This document shows, piece after piece, positions 1-12,698 of a stretch of DNA of 64,000 bases (position 1 is its first letter; the number at the start of each line of letters is the position of its first letter). The DNA is taken from contig RSEE01000001.1 in assembly GCA_003971905.1 (NCBI GenBank), positions 558,001 through 622,000 on the forward strand. The letters are read 5' to 3'. The notes below the pieces were generated by a model. The model did no database searches. It was not told the origin of the DNA and was given only the letters and a program-made list of their open reading frames with translations. The position numbers and the translations under genes are program-made. Origin of the DNA: Moniliella sp. 'wahieum' (lineage: Eukaryota).

Positions 1-907
1 CACGCCCCGCGCAGCGATCCATGTTGAGCCAGGTTTGTCTGCCTCTTCTCTGTGACTCGATTGAAGAGGATCTGACGCTGAAGGCGGTTTCGAATGGTCG
101 GTAGTACCGCTACGGAAGACAACTATGGCTACATTATTGTCGATGACCGCTCGGACGATGGCAAGCGGCGTGCCATCTTTGTGGACCCATTTGATTGCCT
201 TCAATGACAGCCAGGGCTCAGGCTCTGCAGGTCGACGAGGTGACGGGCTGCCTCACCACCCACCATCACCACGACCACTCGGGCGGGAATGAACGTACGC
301 TCATGCCTTTCCGCATACACCCATCTGGGGACCCTCAGAGCAGATTCCCTTCCGCACGGACTCCATCGAGGGCGGCGATAGTTTCTACCTCCCTGGCTCG
401 TCAATCAAAGCGACGGTATATGCGACGCCGTGTCACACCCGCGACTCGGTTTGCGTCCTGCTTGATGACGAAAGAGCCAGTGCCCAGGGTCCTGGAATCC
501 GCAGGGTGATTTTGAGGCGATACGCTTTTTGTCGCTGGCTGTGGTCGTTTCTTTGAGGGCGGGGCAGAAGATATGCTTTCAGCTCTGAACACGATCTGCA
601 CTTTGCCTTCAGACGCACTGATTTGCTGCGGACACGAGTACACGTCTTCCAATGCGAAGTTTGCCGCGAAGTATTGCCCAATAGGCAGGGGGTCCTTGCA
701 CTGCTTGAGGACTTACGCGGCCAACGAGGGCATGGGATCACCACTAACCTATACACCCTGGCCGATGAGAAGACGCATAACCCCTTCATCCTTGCCGCTC
801 ATGCGGACCCTGAAGTGTTAGCGGCAGTCAAGGCAAAGACACCTTTGGAGGCGATTCAGAAATTGCGCGAAGCCAAAAATGCCGGGGGACTGCACGCTGT
901 GTTGTAA
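1..907 (+). CDS. GLO2: Hydroxyacylglutathione hydrolase (glyoxalase II), 5' end outside window; introns and indels
   Basis: [20 protein letters not shown], metallo-beta-lactamase motif [52 protein letters not shown]; stop TAA at 905-907. Confidence 0.9.
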
Positions 908-1019
908 GCCTGGACCTGACTTGCAAATCTGCGAACAATTTATGCATTGTAGTTGTGCGTTGTTGGCGCTCAGACTGAGCGCCGAGAGCTCCAAGGAGAA
1001 AAAGCATAGACCTGATGCA

Positions 1020-2757
1020 TCACAGCAGATACGGACTGTCAATCACGCTGAACCCGACGGCGACGCCTCCTTCGTTGCTGTCCCGGCCTTTGGTCCGCAG
1101 CAAGTGGCCGCCACTGTTGTTGTCAACTACTTCCAGCGTCCCATCTGCCCGGCGACCAAAGAGCGCAGTGCCGTATATACCCAGCTCGGATACGACGTCA
1201 GGGGCGAGCGCTGCCTCCTCGAGCCACCACCCGCCTTGACCAGTAAGCTGCCCAAGCCCTTGGGGGGCTGGATGAGCGACATGAGAATGTATCCCTCCCG
1301 CTCCGAGGGGGCTTGAGAGCCAGCATTAGCCTTGTCCCGTTTCTCCATGGCTTGAAGTGCAGGTGGGATGTCGGTTTTGTAAATGTTGTTGCCCCCGCCC
1401 TCGCGTTGAGGTTTGAGCACAAACCGCTCTGGCTCGGTAAGGCAAGCTGATACGCCTTTTTGCCCTCCTCGGACGCAGGGTCAAGCGAGTAGAGCTCCGT
1501 CCAGGTTGACCGGACTTGAGCCAGAGTGGAGGCCTCCCAACGTTGGGTACCCTCTTCCTTGGCATCCAGGCCCGGCTGCAAGAAAGACTCATCACACCAG
1601 GTTGGGCCAGCACTTGCTGCACCTTCTTGGCGCCAGCTAACTGGAGAGCGACCGAGGGGCACTTGATCGCCCGGCTGCGCTCCAGCAACAAGCGCACATC
1701 CCAGCTTTTCTCGTTCCCAGCTCCTTCATAATCCGCAGGGGTGTACCCGGCACGGAAATATACCACAGACACTTCCGCCTGCTCCACCTCTTCTCCCGCC
1801 CCGACTTGGCCCAAGGAGGGGTGACCACAGCTCGTTGTTGGGAAGACGAAGTTTAGCTGCATCATCACTCGAAGGTGACGAGCCTGCCAGATCGGCGAGA
1901 GTGAGCCGAATGACTTCACGCCGTATCGCAAGGCCAGTGCATACTCGAGCGCACGCTGGTCAAACGCGTTGCGCTCGCCAGGCTGAACCACAAAGAGAAC
2001 AACAGGTCGCGCGGAATCTTTTGAATCCGAGGCACGATTTGGCGCAGGTAGGCGTCGTGGGCGCCGGCAATGCCAGCAGCCAGCGTGTCGGTCGCATCGT
2101 TAAGTGGGATCGACTCTCCCGCTCGGACCATGCGAGAGCGGCGGCACCAGAGTACCAAAATAGTTGCGGGTTAAGCCAGCCAGGTATCGATGCAGTTGGG
2201 AGACTTGGCTGCAAAGCGGGCCAAAGGACGAGGAGATGGTGTTGAATTCAACCTGTTTGATGCCGAGGGTCCGAGAGACTCGTGGGAAGAGCATCCGACT
2301 GCTCGTCCAGCAAATAGTCCGACCGGAACAGGCCGAGCTGGAGGTGCTGGCGAGACCCTCGGCGTGGACAGACTCGTAGACTTGCCAGAGGCGATGCTGG
2401 AACTGGTCAACGTCAATCACGTGCTGCTCAACAAAGATGGAGCGGAGAGAAGGCATGGTCCGCAGCGACGCGGGCGTAGAGCTCATTGAGCACCGGCTGC
2501 AGCTGCTGTGCCTGGGAAAACAGGGTGCGGGGGAAGGGCGATGGAAGGAGGGCAAAGGGGGCGTGGATGACAGCGGCCTTGTCGACTGCCTCGGGCGGCG
2601 CCCCGGCGGGAAGCGGCGGGCGGTAGACGAGGCCGTGGGCGAGCGCATAGTCGGTCGCCGTCGCCGTCAGATAGGCCACCTGCTCGGGCGTCAGCTTCGG
2701 CGGGGGCCACTGGGGCAGCTGCAGGTCAACATTGGTGGGTGGGCCTGAGGCTCAGAC
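1020..2757 (-). CDS. GSH2: Glutathione synthetase (eukaryotic type); start approximate, indels
   Basis: DYALAHGL, HAPFALLPSPFPR, KQVEFNTISSSFG, VQPGERNAFDQR, VVYFRAGYTP, LAGAKKVQQVL, VLKPQREGGGNN, SNEGGVAVGFSVIDSPYLL*. Confidence 0.95.
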
Positions 2758-3130
2758 TCGCGGGCGCCGCGACTGCTTTCTCCACACCGTCCGAGGGCTC
2801 AGAAGGTCCTCAGCCTGAGCTGCCCGCCCCAAGCTCGGCGATAAGCACGTGACGCCATTCACTAGTAACTTAAAGCTTAACTAGTAATCGTTGACGCCAT
2901 GGCAATCATGGTTAGTACTTAGTGACCTAGTGGCCTCGTGACAGCCACACGGGCAGCGCCTCCGAGCTGAGGTAATGTCCCGGTGCGAGGGCCGACCGTC
3001 TGTCTACCTGTAGAAATTAGATCTAGGAACGGGCATAAGCGCATAAGCGGGCATCCGAGGGCTTGTCAGGTGTGACGTTGACATGTAATGCCTGTGACGT
3101 ATGGCACTCGACATGTGACACAAGAAACGC

Positions 3131-3166
3131 TGCGGCAGATTTTAATAGGGTTGGAAACCAACCCTA
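3131..3166. promoter_or_regulatory. Candidate ribosomal-protein promoter module: TGCGGCAGAT + inverted TAGGGTTGG/CCAACCCTA
   Basis: The same motifs recur at the RPL21/RPS9 (11572-11739) and RPL36 (37205-37245) promoters. Confidence 0.55.
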
Positions 3167-3338
3167 GTGCTCATGCCGCCTCGCCCCCACTCGCAATAGC
3201 CACTGGTTGCTGGCCGCTTGCCTCTCAGCTACGGATACCACCGCCACACAGTAGGTGAGCACTCGCCCCTTCACGCATCGCCTCCATCCCTTCTCCCACA
3301 CCGTGCTGACCGTTGTTTTCGTACGCTTCCCAGTCGCC

Positions 3339-3617
3339 ATGCCCTCGCACAAGACCTTCCGGACAAAGGCCACTCTTGCCAAGGCTGGCAGGAAAAACCG
3401 GTACGTTTCCTCCTCCTGGATCAGGCTTGGGCACTGTTACCATCCGATCGCTGGTATCCGCTCAGTGTTCATGACTGGTCAAACTCTGGCCTCTATCCTC
3501 TGTGTGCTAACTCGCCTCCTTAGCCCCATCCCCCAATGGTTCCGCATGAAGACGGACAACAAGATCCAGTACAACAAGTTCCGTCGGAACTGGCGTCGCA
3601 CTAAGCTCAACATCTAA
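3339..3617 (+). CDS. RPL39: 60S ribosomal protein L39 (eL39); coding intron 3401-3523, 5'UTR intron ~3255-3333
   Basis: [57 protein letters not shown] donor, GCTAAC branch point, TAG acceptor. Confidence 0.97.
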   Translation: MPSHKTFRTKATLAKAGRKNRYVSSSWIRLGHCYHPIAGIRSVFMTGQTLASILCVLTRLLSPIPQWFRMKTDNKIQYNKFRRNWRRTKLNI

Positions 3618-4153
3618 GTGCGCTTGTGCTCATTTCACACAGACTGGGATGGCTCCCAATTGGAGTGAACACTTCACTCTCTCCCTCGTCTCTCTCTCTC
3701 CCTTTTGAGGAGGCGAGACTATGCATATTGTGCCTAGGCAGGAACACTTCGTTGAGGATCCCCCATGCATCACGGTGCGCCACGTGTCAGTGAGGTTACT
3801 GCTGCTGTCTGCTTCGACCGCTGTTGGCTTCTTTATCCTCCGGCGATTTGTTTCGACTGGGGCAACCCCCAAAATTATATGCTCTGCCTGCATCTTAATG
3901 GGTTCAACTCGTAGGGTGTCCGATGATGGAGACATGTTAATGGCCGATCAAATGATGGACGAGGCCTGAGGAAGGATTGATGATCCACACCAAGTATCAT
4001 GAATTGTAGGATGTGAGAGGCATGAGAGGAGGGAGAGGCCGGAGTATTTATCGGCAGGCGTCCTAGCCCACCAAGTGAGCAGGTTTTGCAATGGGAAGAA
4101 GGAAGTGGAACATCACCAACCGTCTAGCGTAGTGAGGATTAATGAGCACTCGA

Positions 4154-4905
4154 TCACCACTCAGCTCGGCGTTGGCCTTGGCAAACAGATAGTCTCGACC
4201 ATCGACTGATGCAATGCCATCTTTGAACTGGCACTTCCACTTGTTGCGCACGCGCGCAACCTACCCGGCGGTAAGGACAAGCGAGGGTCAGCACACGCAC
4301 CTCCGCAACCCAGGAAGGGATCAACATACTTTGTCGTAGAGACACAGGATCATGTCTTGGTCGCCGTCAGCACCGTCAGCACCGGGTCCATCCCCATCTT
4401 CGTCTTCATCTGAATCGTCGAGGTCCGAGCCGATTTCGTCGCTCTGGGGATCAGGAGCACGGGCTTTGCTACTGGGTGCGTTCGTTGGGCTGCTAGAACG
4501 CTTGCGCTTGCTACCGGTCGTGTCGTCGTCATTGAATGAGGAAGCCTCGGCTAGTTGCTTAGCCTGGCCTCGACCGCCTTGCGCTCCGCTCGACTCTGCC
4601 GCGGCGGAAGAGGGGGCGCACCTTCAAACTCAGCCACTTGAGAGGTGATAATCTTATGCTCCCACAAGCGCTGTAGCTCCTCAAGGTATTCCTTCTCGAT
4701 CCCCTGGTCCTCAAAATCGGGTTGGACACTCTTGATCATCGTCAATGATGGTGCGATAGACCGAAGACTGCGACGAGGACAGTGGAGCAAGGCAGTGCAA
4801 GGCAGAGCAAGGTAGAGCAAGCGCATGCGGGGTTAGTACGAGCACCGGTACAACGGCAGCACGGGATAACCGTCAGACCAAGACTCACACCACGCGGTTA
4901 CTCAT
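4154..4905 (-). CDS. TOA1: TFIIA large (alpha/beta) subunit, with introns
   Basis: N-terminus MSNRV..KSVQPDFEDQGIEKEYLEELQRLWEHKI; C-terminus IGSDLDDSD..MILCLYDKV|ARVRNKWKCQFKDGIASVDGRDYLFAKA. Confidence 0.92.
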
Positions 4906-5462
4906 CTTGGCAGATCCAGGTCAAAGTGTCAAGGCCTCACGGTGGCGTTCACGGACGAAAGAAGCAGAGCAGGACAAGGCGCAGCAAAAATGGCGCACAG
5001 CAGGCTATCGAGTATCGACGTCAGGCAGCGATAGAGCAGAAGCAAGGTGCGATGGCAACGCAGGCGAAGAGCCTAGGCGGCGGCCTGCTGGGGGGCGGGG
5101 GAGGGAGAGCAGATCAGCTTAAATACGCGGAAAGGCAGGGGAAAGGCAAGGAGGGGTGATTGATGAGGTAAGCAGTGTACGGAGGACTGCCCCTGTGCTG
5201 GAGGGCAGGGCATGGGCGGTCGCGGCGAGAAAGGGCGAGCAGCGCGCCAGTACCAATCAGGGCGCAGAGAGCATACGTTCAACATCATCGTTGCGCCCTC
5301 CCCACTCCCATCGCTGCTAGCACCCACTCCAAGCCCCACACCAGCCTCCGTGCGCATTCACCAACCCCGCCTTTCGCCTTGCCTGAGCTCTGGTCTGGCC
5401 TATCGCAAGCGCCATCATGCCTCATGGCCGTTCCACCAAGCCATCCACTCCCACCGTCTTGT

Positions 5463-6808
5463 ATGCAGTCCCCCTCCCCGCCTCGCGCGTCTCCACTTGG
5501 CAAAGCTAACACCCTCCACCGTGGAGTCACCGCGACGATCTGGTGCTGGCGCGCCTGACAGGGTATCCTGAATGGCCGGCCATGGTGCGTTGTTTTTCTT
5601 GCTTACTCCCGACGAGAGCTTACTAGCTGATGAGTGAACGACAGATTGTCGCGCGTGACCAAGTCCCTAAGGATGTGCACGACGCGTTCCTGAAGTCCGG
5701 CAAAAGTACATCGTGCGTTTTTATGCCCGATGCTGATTAGTATGTGAATTTTCTTTGACTGAATGCGATACTAACCTCCTTCCTGCCTCTCCCCCATGCC
5801 CATGCACCCTCTCCGCTCCCAGTTTTTCTACGACGCTCGCAACTTCGGACACTCAATGACGAGTTGATTGATGCCGTTCTGATAAACCCCAAGAAAAGTG
5901 TGCGCGCCAAACTCACCACCAGTTTACTCACTGCCTATCAAATCGCCCGAGATGACCGGTAGAATGGGCGCGCAAAACAAGACGCAATCGTGACCGCATC
6001 AGAAGCGGCCAGGCCGAATTGGCTGAGTTGGAGCAGCAGTCCGCCTCTGATAAATCCGAAGACGAAGAAGAGCCCATATGGGAAGCGACGAGATGCGTGG
6101 GAGCGATGATGACGTTCTCATCCCTCCGCCTCAGCCCGAAATCAAGAAGCGTCCAATCAAGTCCAGCCCTCCGCCTACGCCTCCTCCCCCGCCACGAACC
6201 CGCCTCCGCCACGGTCCTTGCCTCCGCCACAGTCGCCGCCTCCCCCTCCGAAGGTTGTTACTAAAAAGGAAGCTGCGTTGGAGACTGAAGAGCCACCCGC
6301 CAAGCGCCAACGCAAGGCGGTCGCAAAGGCCAAGCCTGTACCCCCTCAGCTCATGCCTCGGCTGCCGCCCCTGAGCAGCCCGATGTGTCTTTGACAGTTG
6401 CTACCCGATGCGTCTGTGACCGTTGCTGCTCATACGACTAGTGCGCCTGGGGATATGGACACCGCCGATCAGATTAGGGCTTGGAGATTCGAGCGCAGCG
6501 TATCTTCCTTGGCAAGGAAGGCATCGCGTTCGGCGTGTGTATTTTTCCTCTGTATCTGCGTGTGGCGGTTGGTGACTAACTTGCACCCTATCTCTGGAAC
6601 AGGCGCTGGAGCGTGCGGCTGAGGTGTTCGATTTGCTCGAGCGTCTGCGCCTGCGATCACAGTAGAGCACAATCCACTTTAGCAGGATCAATAGGTCATC
6701 AAACGAGTGGTGGCACTTAAGTCATTATTCCCAACGTCGAAGAAGTACAGGTTTGTGGCTCGGTCCCAGAAATTGCAGATGGACTGGTGGCTTCGCCTCG
6801 GTGTGTAA
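5463..6808 (+). CDS. PWWP-domain chromatin reader; boundaries approximate, several introns
   Basis: DLVLARLTGYPEWPAM|IVARDQVPKDV followed by YIVRF-like segment; Pro/Lys-rich linker; helical C-terminus ending DWWLRLGV*. Confidence 0.7.
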
Positions 6809-7324
6809 CCACGGGGGCTCATATTTGGCCGATGAGCTGTATCTCTTTCGATCGAGCGTATGAGTAGGCGTTATTGAATCCATGGTCCAGGTCCCAGATG
6901 TGCCATCCCTGCCTTAATAAACCACGTTCCCAGGTATCGATTACTTGCTGGAAGGTATCGCTCATGAAGCATGCGTGAGGGTGGAGCTCCACAGCTTGTA
7001 AAGCAAACGCTGGTGTTGATTGAGCGAAGCGGTATCCCTTGTTCAGGTGGTTTCGTTCACTTTCAACTCTCCCCCGGCCGAGATATGGATCCACAAGATG
7101 GTGATAGTGTGGGAGGATCCAAGGAGAACGGATGAGTATGGCAGAATCGCTAACATCGCAGAATCAGCGGCAGCCGGTCAGCGGAGTTTCAATTTGATGA
7201 GAAACGCGGGAATTGTTTCAATTTGTGATTCCCCGCATCCATCCCAAAGCACTGCGAAGAATTAGGATGAGGCGCACGCTGGTGGGCGACTCGCGCGGTG
7301 CCAGCAACGACCATCGGGGACACG

Positions 7325-7936
7325 ATGAAGTTCCTCACTGGCTTGTGCGAGCTGTGCGGCCAGTCGCACTGACCAGGGCGATGCCCAGGACGAGCTTTGC
7401 CTCGGGTCCCTTTGCAGCTGTGCCATCAGCGCGGGCCTTTTCTGTCTCCGCCCCCACTCACGGCACTGCCCTCCGCCTGGTCTACGAACGGCCGGTGGCC
7501 GCATCCCTGAGCCATCACGTATGTGGACCCCCCTTTCTCTGGCCTGGCCAGCGCTGACTGGCTCATTCCTTTAAGAGGGAATCTCTACACCGATTGAGTT
7601 TATCCAGGCCATCACCCGCCTACGCGCGCGAAATTTGGCTGGCGACTCGGGCTTCACCGAGGCACTACCCCAGGATTGGTCCGCTTTTTTCAACCTGTCC
7701 AGCAAGGAGTTGGAGGAGATGGGGCTGAGCACGCGGGATCGCAAATACGTGCTCTGGGCCATGGAGCGCTACCGCCAAGCTACAACATTCGCCGTATTGC
7801 CTACCAGGATAAGAGCAAGAAGGTCGTTCGCTACCATGGTGACCGTGTCCAGCACGGCTACCGTGTGCGCGGCGAGGTGCGTCCCGGCGAAAAGGTGCCT
7901 CCTCGCAACCGCCGCCAGATGAAGCGTCCGTATTGA
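7325..7936 (+). CDS. Mitochondrial small-subunit protein mS41 / IGR-motif (Fyv4-like)
   Basis: Arg-rich presequence-like N-terminus; ISTPIEFIQAITR..DWSAFFNLSSKELEEMGLSTRDRKYVLWAMERYRQ. Confidence 0.7.
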
Positions 7937-8282
7937 GCGTTGGGTTAGTGACGCTACATGCATCTTGTTATCTCTCTATGGCTCCGGCTCTTATGTACGC
8001 CAGTCTATCTTATAATTTGGGTGTTGACAGAAGCGCTCCGCAACAGAGGCATTGTAAAGGGACAGAAGGGTGGGGCGGTGGGGGGTAAAGATGCATGATG
8101 TGCAAGGACAAATTGGACGGCTGAAAGGGAAATGCAGATGTAAGTGAAGTTGACAGGAGGCCAACAGATGCAACAGGCTCGCTAGTATTCGACAGACACA
8201 CCGACAAATACGATGCAATGTAGGAAGGACTCATGAAGAAGCGTGACGCCCAAATAACACAAGACCAAGGCGCCCAGGCTAA

Positions 8283-9859
8283 TTAGATCTTGAGTTCACG
8301 AAAACCCTCAACGGCCAACGGGCCCGTGGGCAAAGGCTCCGGTGACACCACTCTGCCATTGGTACGGCGCGTTGCAGCAGCTTTCCTCTGTCAAGGCCTT
8401 CTCAACTGCCTTGACCTGTTTACGTTCCCGTGCGGTCGGTCGAGGAGGCCGGGTCACTGATTTAGACGAGAACGGCGACAGGGCTTGGGTTCGGGTGTGT
8501 CGGTGCGCCCGACAGATGAAGAGGTCGAAGAAGTGGCTCCTTCAGCGACAAAGGATGATAGTAAAGGGGGGGTCAAAGGGCTGTGCGATCGCCTCTTATT
8601 CCCCGGTCGTCAAGATCAGTGGTAGAGAGCCGCTTGTTCTTCTGTCCAGGATCTTCAAGTTCGTCGACCACCGTGGCGGGCGTTGATACGGACCCGGAGC
8701 GGGACGAGCTGTCGATCGGCTCGTCGGTCGCGAAATTGGCATCTTCTTCGGTCAACATCTCGACAACTGAGTTGAAGTCATGCTGCGCGAGTAAGGCGCG
8801 GATTTGTTCAACAGAACGAGGGCGGACTAGGCAGCGCAGCACACGCTTCTCGTCTTCAGTCGGATCCAGAGTTTTCTCTATGTCGGACGCTGGGGCAGCA
8901 AGCACAGATGCCTCATCCTCTGAAAGGGTGCGGGGCTCAGACGTGTGAATCCTGGGAAGGCCAGTGTGGGGACCGCCCAGGCTTCGAACCGAGCTGTAAT
9001 GTTCCCAATTGTGGTAGGCAATATAAAGTGGTCCAACACTCTCAAGTGGCACAGAAAGTACGCTGAGTGTGTCTTCCGGGGGCTGTCCCTCCTTTTGGGA
9101 CTGACGACGGAGTCGCCTCCGCTGCCGCTCGCCGGCAGCTAAGGAGATAGGCATGGTGTGGATCGATCCATCGAGCTCAGCCTGCGCTAGAGCACGAGAT
9201 CGTTCCTCCTCCCGCCGGGTACGAGCCTGTTCGGACGCTTCATCTTCTTCCCCCGTCACCACGAGGACAAGCTTGGGTTGAACGACCTTGATGCGCTTGA
9301 GGCTCAACTGCGCAAACGCAGACAGTTCCACATGGCCGCCGTATGTGCCATTCTCGCGCATGTTGGCCACATACGCATCAAAGCTGCCATCGACAAAACC
9401 AGCAAACTGCTCGGGTTCGCGGCAAGGTAGTCGCAGATTTGGGAGCGGAGGCGTGCATACCATCCAGGTGAGCCGTAAAGCTGATCAGACAGAGCACTAT
9501 CGAGCACACAGAAGGGTTAGTTGACTCCGCCAGTTGTCGAGAGGCCACAATTCCCTGGCGCAGAAGTCCGTGAGAACACATACCGAAAAAGGCAGTTGCC
9601 ATCGCCAAGTGTGTCGGCCGCATACAATCCCATCGCACGTAGTTGAGAGTTGAGCTGCAGCTCGACATCCTCAGGGTTGTCAACATGGGTCTTCTTGCTG
9701 CGTGTGACGCGTCCTAGAGGCAGGGGGCGAACCACGGGCGAGAGACGGTCAGTGAGTCGGGACAGGGGAACAAAAAGAGACACTGGTGAAGGTCGAGAAC
9801 ATACCAGACGATCCGCGTGGGGCACGGGAGGAGGGGGCGCGGCGAGTGGTACGAGCCAT
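8283..9859 (-). CDS. OTU-domain cysteine protease (deubiquitinase), with introns
   Basis: LGDGNCLFR|ALSDQLYG, MRENGTYGGHVELSAFAQL, YIAYHNWEHYSSVR; C-terminus RELKI*. Confidence 0.9.
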
Positions 9860-10871
9860 AGCGGGTTGGGGAGGACAGGGGGGAATCAACAGATAGGAGA
9901 GGGCAGCACAATATGTCGTGTCTGAGCGTGCTTAGGCCGGTGTCGGGGCAGCGCTCATCGCCGTCGCGTCGAAGCGCGCAGTGGTGACAGATGGGCAGGC
10001 GGAGGCGGTGGTGGGGACAGGACAAGGGGGATGGGAGGCGGGAGATGGCAATGACGTGGGGGTGCAAGCGCAGCTGCGGGTGCGGGTGCTGGTGCTGATG
10101 GGGGCGCGGCGGCTGCTCTGCTCTGCTCTGCTCTGCTCGATGCTCGCATCGAGGAGCGCCGGCCACTGGGTTAGCCACGCTGCACCGCAACCACAAGCCC
10201 TAGCCAAATCAGCTGGCCTCTGACACGTGACATGGGCCGCCCAGCACTGCCCCCCGCCCCGCCCTCAACCAGGCCCCCCAGCCGCTCGACACCCACACAC
10301 TGCAGGTGGTCGCGTGTGTAGCAGTGGTCGCCCACTGCGCGTGCGCGCACTCTGCCAGCCGGGCGTACACTCCTGCCGTGGCGCGTGGCGAACTAAACAC
10401 TGGATCTCAGCACACCGCCACTGTCCACACATAGTAGGCCTGCGCCATGGCACCTTCGCCCCCTCACGCACCCTCAGGCCTCGACAGCGCCTCGCCACCT
10501 TTCGCCACTGGAGACTGCCGAGCCTCGCCTGACGCATCCCGGCCTCGGATACAGGCAGCACTCAACCTTCCTTTTCACCGGTGTGGTGTGGCCAACGAAG
10601 ACTTGACTACATTACTACAGCCGCCCTCCCTTGCCCAATGCCGCCCTTTCACCAGCTGTGTCCGACTGCAACAGCGACATGACGCGTCCCATAGGAGGTG
10701 AGTGCACATATGTATATGGGTACAAGTGCATAGGCTGTCAGATGGGGCTGCCAAGCCCTTCGACAAGCATGCGTCCCAGCCCAAGGCCAAGACAACCACA
10801 CGCATGGTGTATTTTGGGTGACAGGCCCGGTACACATCCCAGGCCAGCAGAAAATCGCGACATGAACACCA

Positions 10872-11353
10872 TTAGATGTAAGTGTCGTACGCGATGGGGG
10901 CAAGAGTCTCGGGGAGGTTGTCCTCCGTCTTGATGACACGGGCGTCACGAGGAAGAGCAGGACGGCGCTTGAGGTCGAACGTCTCGCCAGCCTCCTTAGC
11001 GATGCGCTTCTTCTCTGCGTTGGACTTGACGCGGGCGAGGAAGTCGTCACGGCACTTGGAGTGCTTGACGTGCTCAACCCGCACATTCACGCGCTTCTCC
11101 ATGTAGCGACCACCGACAATCTTGTAAATGATCACACCCACAGCGCGGGGGGCCACGTTGTAGACCACACCGGTGCGGCCGTGGTAGTACTTATGGGGCA
11201 TACCCTTCTGAATGGCACCGTTCGCCTTGATGTCGACGATGTCACCAACGTGGTAGGGCCGCAGGTAGGTCGAGAGGGGGATCTGGCCGTGCTGGCGGAA
11301 ACCGCGCTTGAAGAGGTCGCGCGTGCGCGCCCGGTAACCGAAGAGTGAGGCAT
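10872..11353 (-). CDS. RPL21: 60S ribosomal protein L21 (eL21); 5'UTR intron 11362-11490
   Basis: GYRARTRDLFKRGFR, GDIVDIKANGAIQKGMPHKYYHGRTG, RVEHVKHSKCR, PIAYDTYI*. Confidence 0.97.
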
Positions 11354-11889
11354 GGCGGTTTCTAACGTCAACAGAACAGGTCAGTCCTCCCACTCGCCTC
11401 AAGTTCCTCTCAGGCGCGGTTGGCAAAGGGAGCATGGCGGGTCGCATGGTCCGAAGCCAACCGCTCGCTCAGGCGGGCGCTGATACGCACCTACAGTTGT
11501 TTGATGACCTCGTTGGTGAGAAGGCCAGCTAGGAGATGTAAGAGAGCACAAAACAATCCGAAATGGTGTTCTAGGGTTGGGGTGGGTGGTGCTGCGGGCA
11601 GCGATTAGTCGCACGATACCAGTGTGCGGCAAATATTGCGGTTACTGCAGATGCTTCTAGCACTGAGGCACTGTTTTAATTTTCGCGAGGCCACACTGCG
11701 GTCGTGGTCATCCGTAGTCAGGACGCACATGTAGGGTTGCTCTCAGCCGGCCTCCCCTTCGTCGGCACCTTCGTCGTGCTGCTCTTGTCGACATCGGTCC
11801 CCGCCGCCAAATTTAAGGTAAGCATCCCTTTAGCTCAACCTCGTCACGCTCGCGAGCGAGGTCTAACACACTTTACTCTTCGAAGTACT

Positions 11890-12466
11890 ATGCCTCTTGC
11901 TCCCAGGAAGCAGTCGAAGACGTACAAGGTGCCCCGTCGTCCCTTTGAGGCGTCCCGCCTTGACTCGGAGCTCAAGTTGGCTGGCGAGTACGGTCTCCGC
12001 AACAAGACTGAGATCTGGCGCATTCGCTTACCCTCTCCAAGATCCGCCGTGCGGCCCGTGAGCTGTTGAAGCTGGACGAGAAGGACCCCAAGCGTCTCTT
12101 CGAAGGCAACGCCATCATTCGCCGTCTTGTGCGCATTGGTGTGCTCGACGAAACCCGCATGCGTCTTGACTATGTGCTGTCCCTCACCGTTGAAGACTTC
12201 CTTGAGCGTCGTCTTCAAACTCAGGTTTTCAAGACTGGCCTCGCCAAGTCGATCCACCATGCCGTGTGCTCATCCGCCAGCGCCACATTCGCGTCGGCAA
12301 GCAGATCGTCAATGTGCCTTCGTTTGTCGTCCGTCTCGACAGCCAGAAGCACATCGACTTTGCTCTGAACTCGCCGTACGGAGGTGGCCGCGAGGGCCGC
12401 GTGAAGCGCAAGCGCGCTAAGGCTGCTGCCGAGGGTGGTGACGAGGAGGAGGAGGATGACGAGTAA
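11890..12466 (+). CDS. RPS9: 40S ribosomal protein S9 (uS4); 5'UTR intron 11818-11885; indels
   Basis: [83 protein letters not shown]. Confidence 0.97.
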
Positions 12467-12698
12467 ATCACGCCCGTCTCTCCCCTTGTTGGCGTTTGCA
12501 TGGTGCATTTTCCAGGCCTGCTGTAGGCGCCCTGTGGTATGTAGTGTTGCGCTCTGACGGACCCCGTCAGCGCGTTGGCGCTTTGCCTGCTGTCGCCGGT
12601 ACAGGCATGGCTACCCCTTGACTTCTTGTCGCCTAAAATCATACTACTATGCCAATCTTCATCATTGTCTTCTCCAGTTTAGATGTGCTAGGGTATTT

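Noticed and set aside
6819..7094. 91-aa minus-strand ORF between the PWWP and mS41 genes
   Set aside because: Plausible composition but no recognisable family or clean start; cannot be supported without a homology search.
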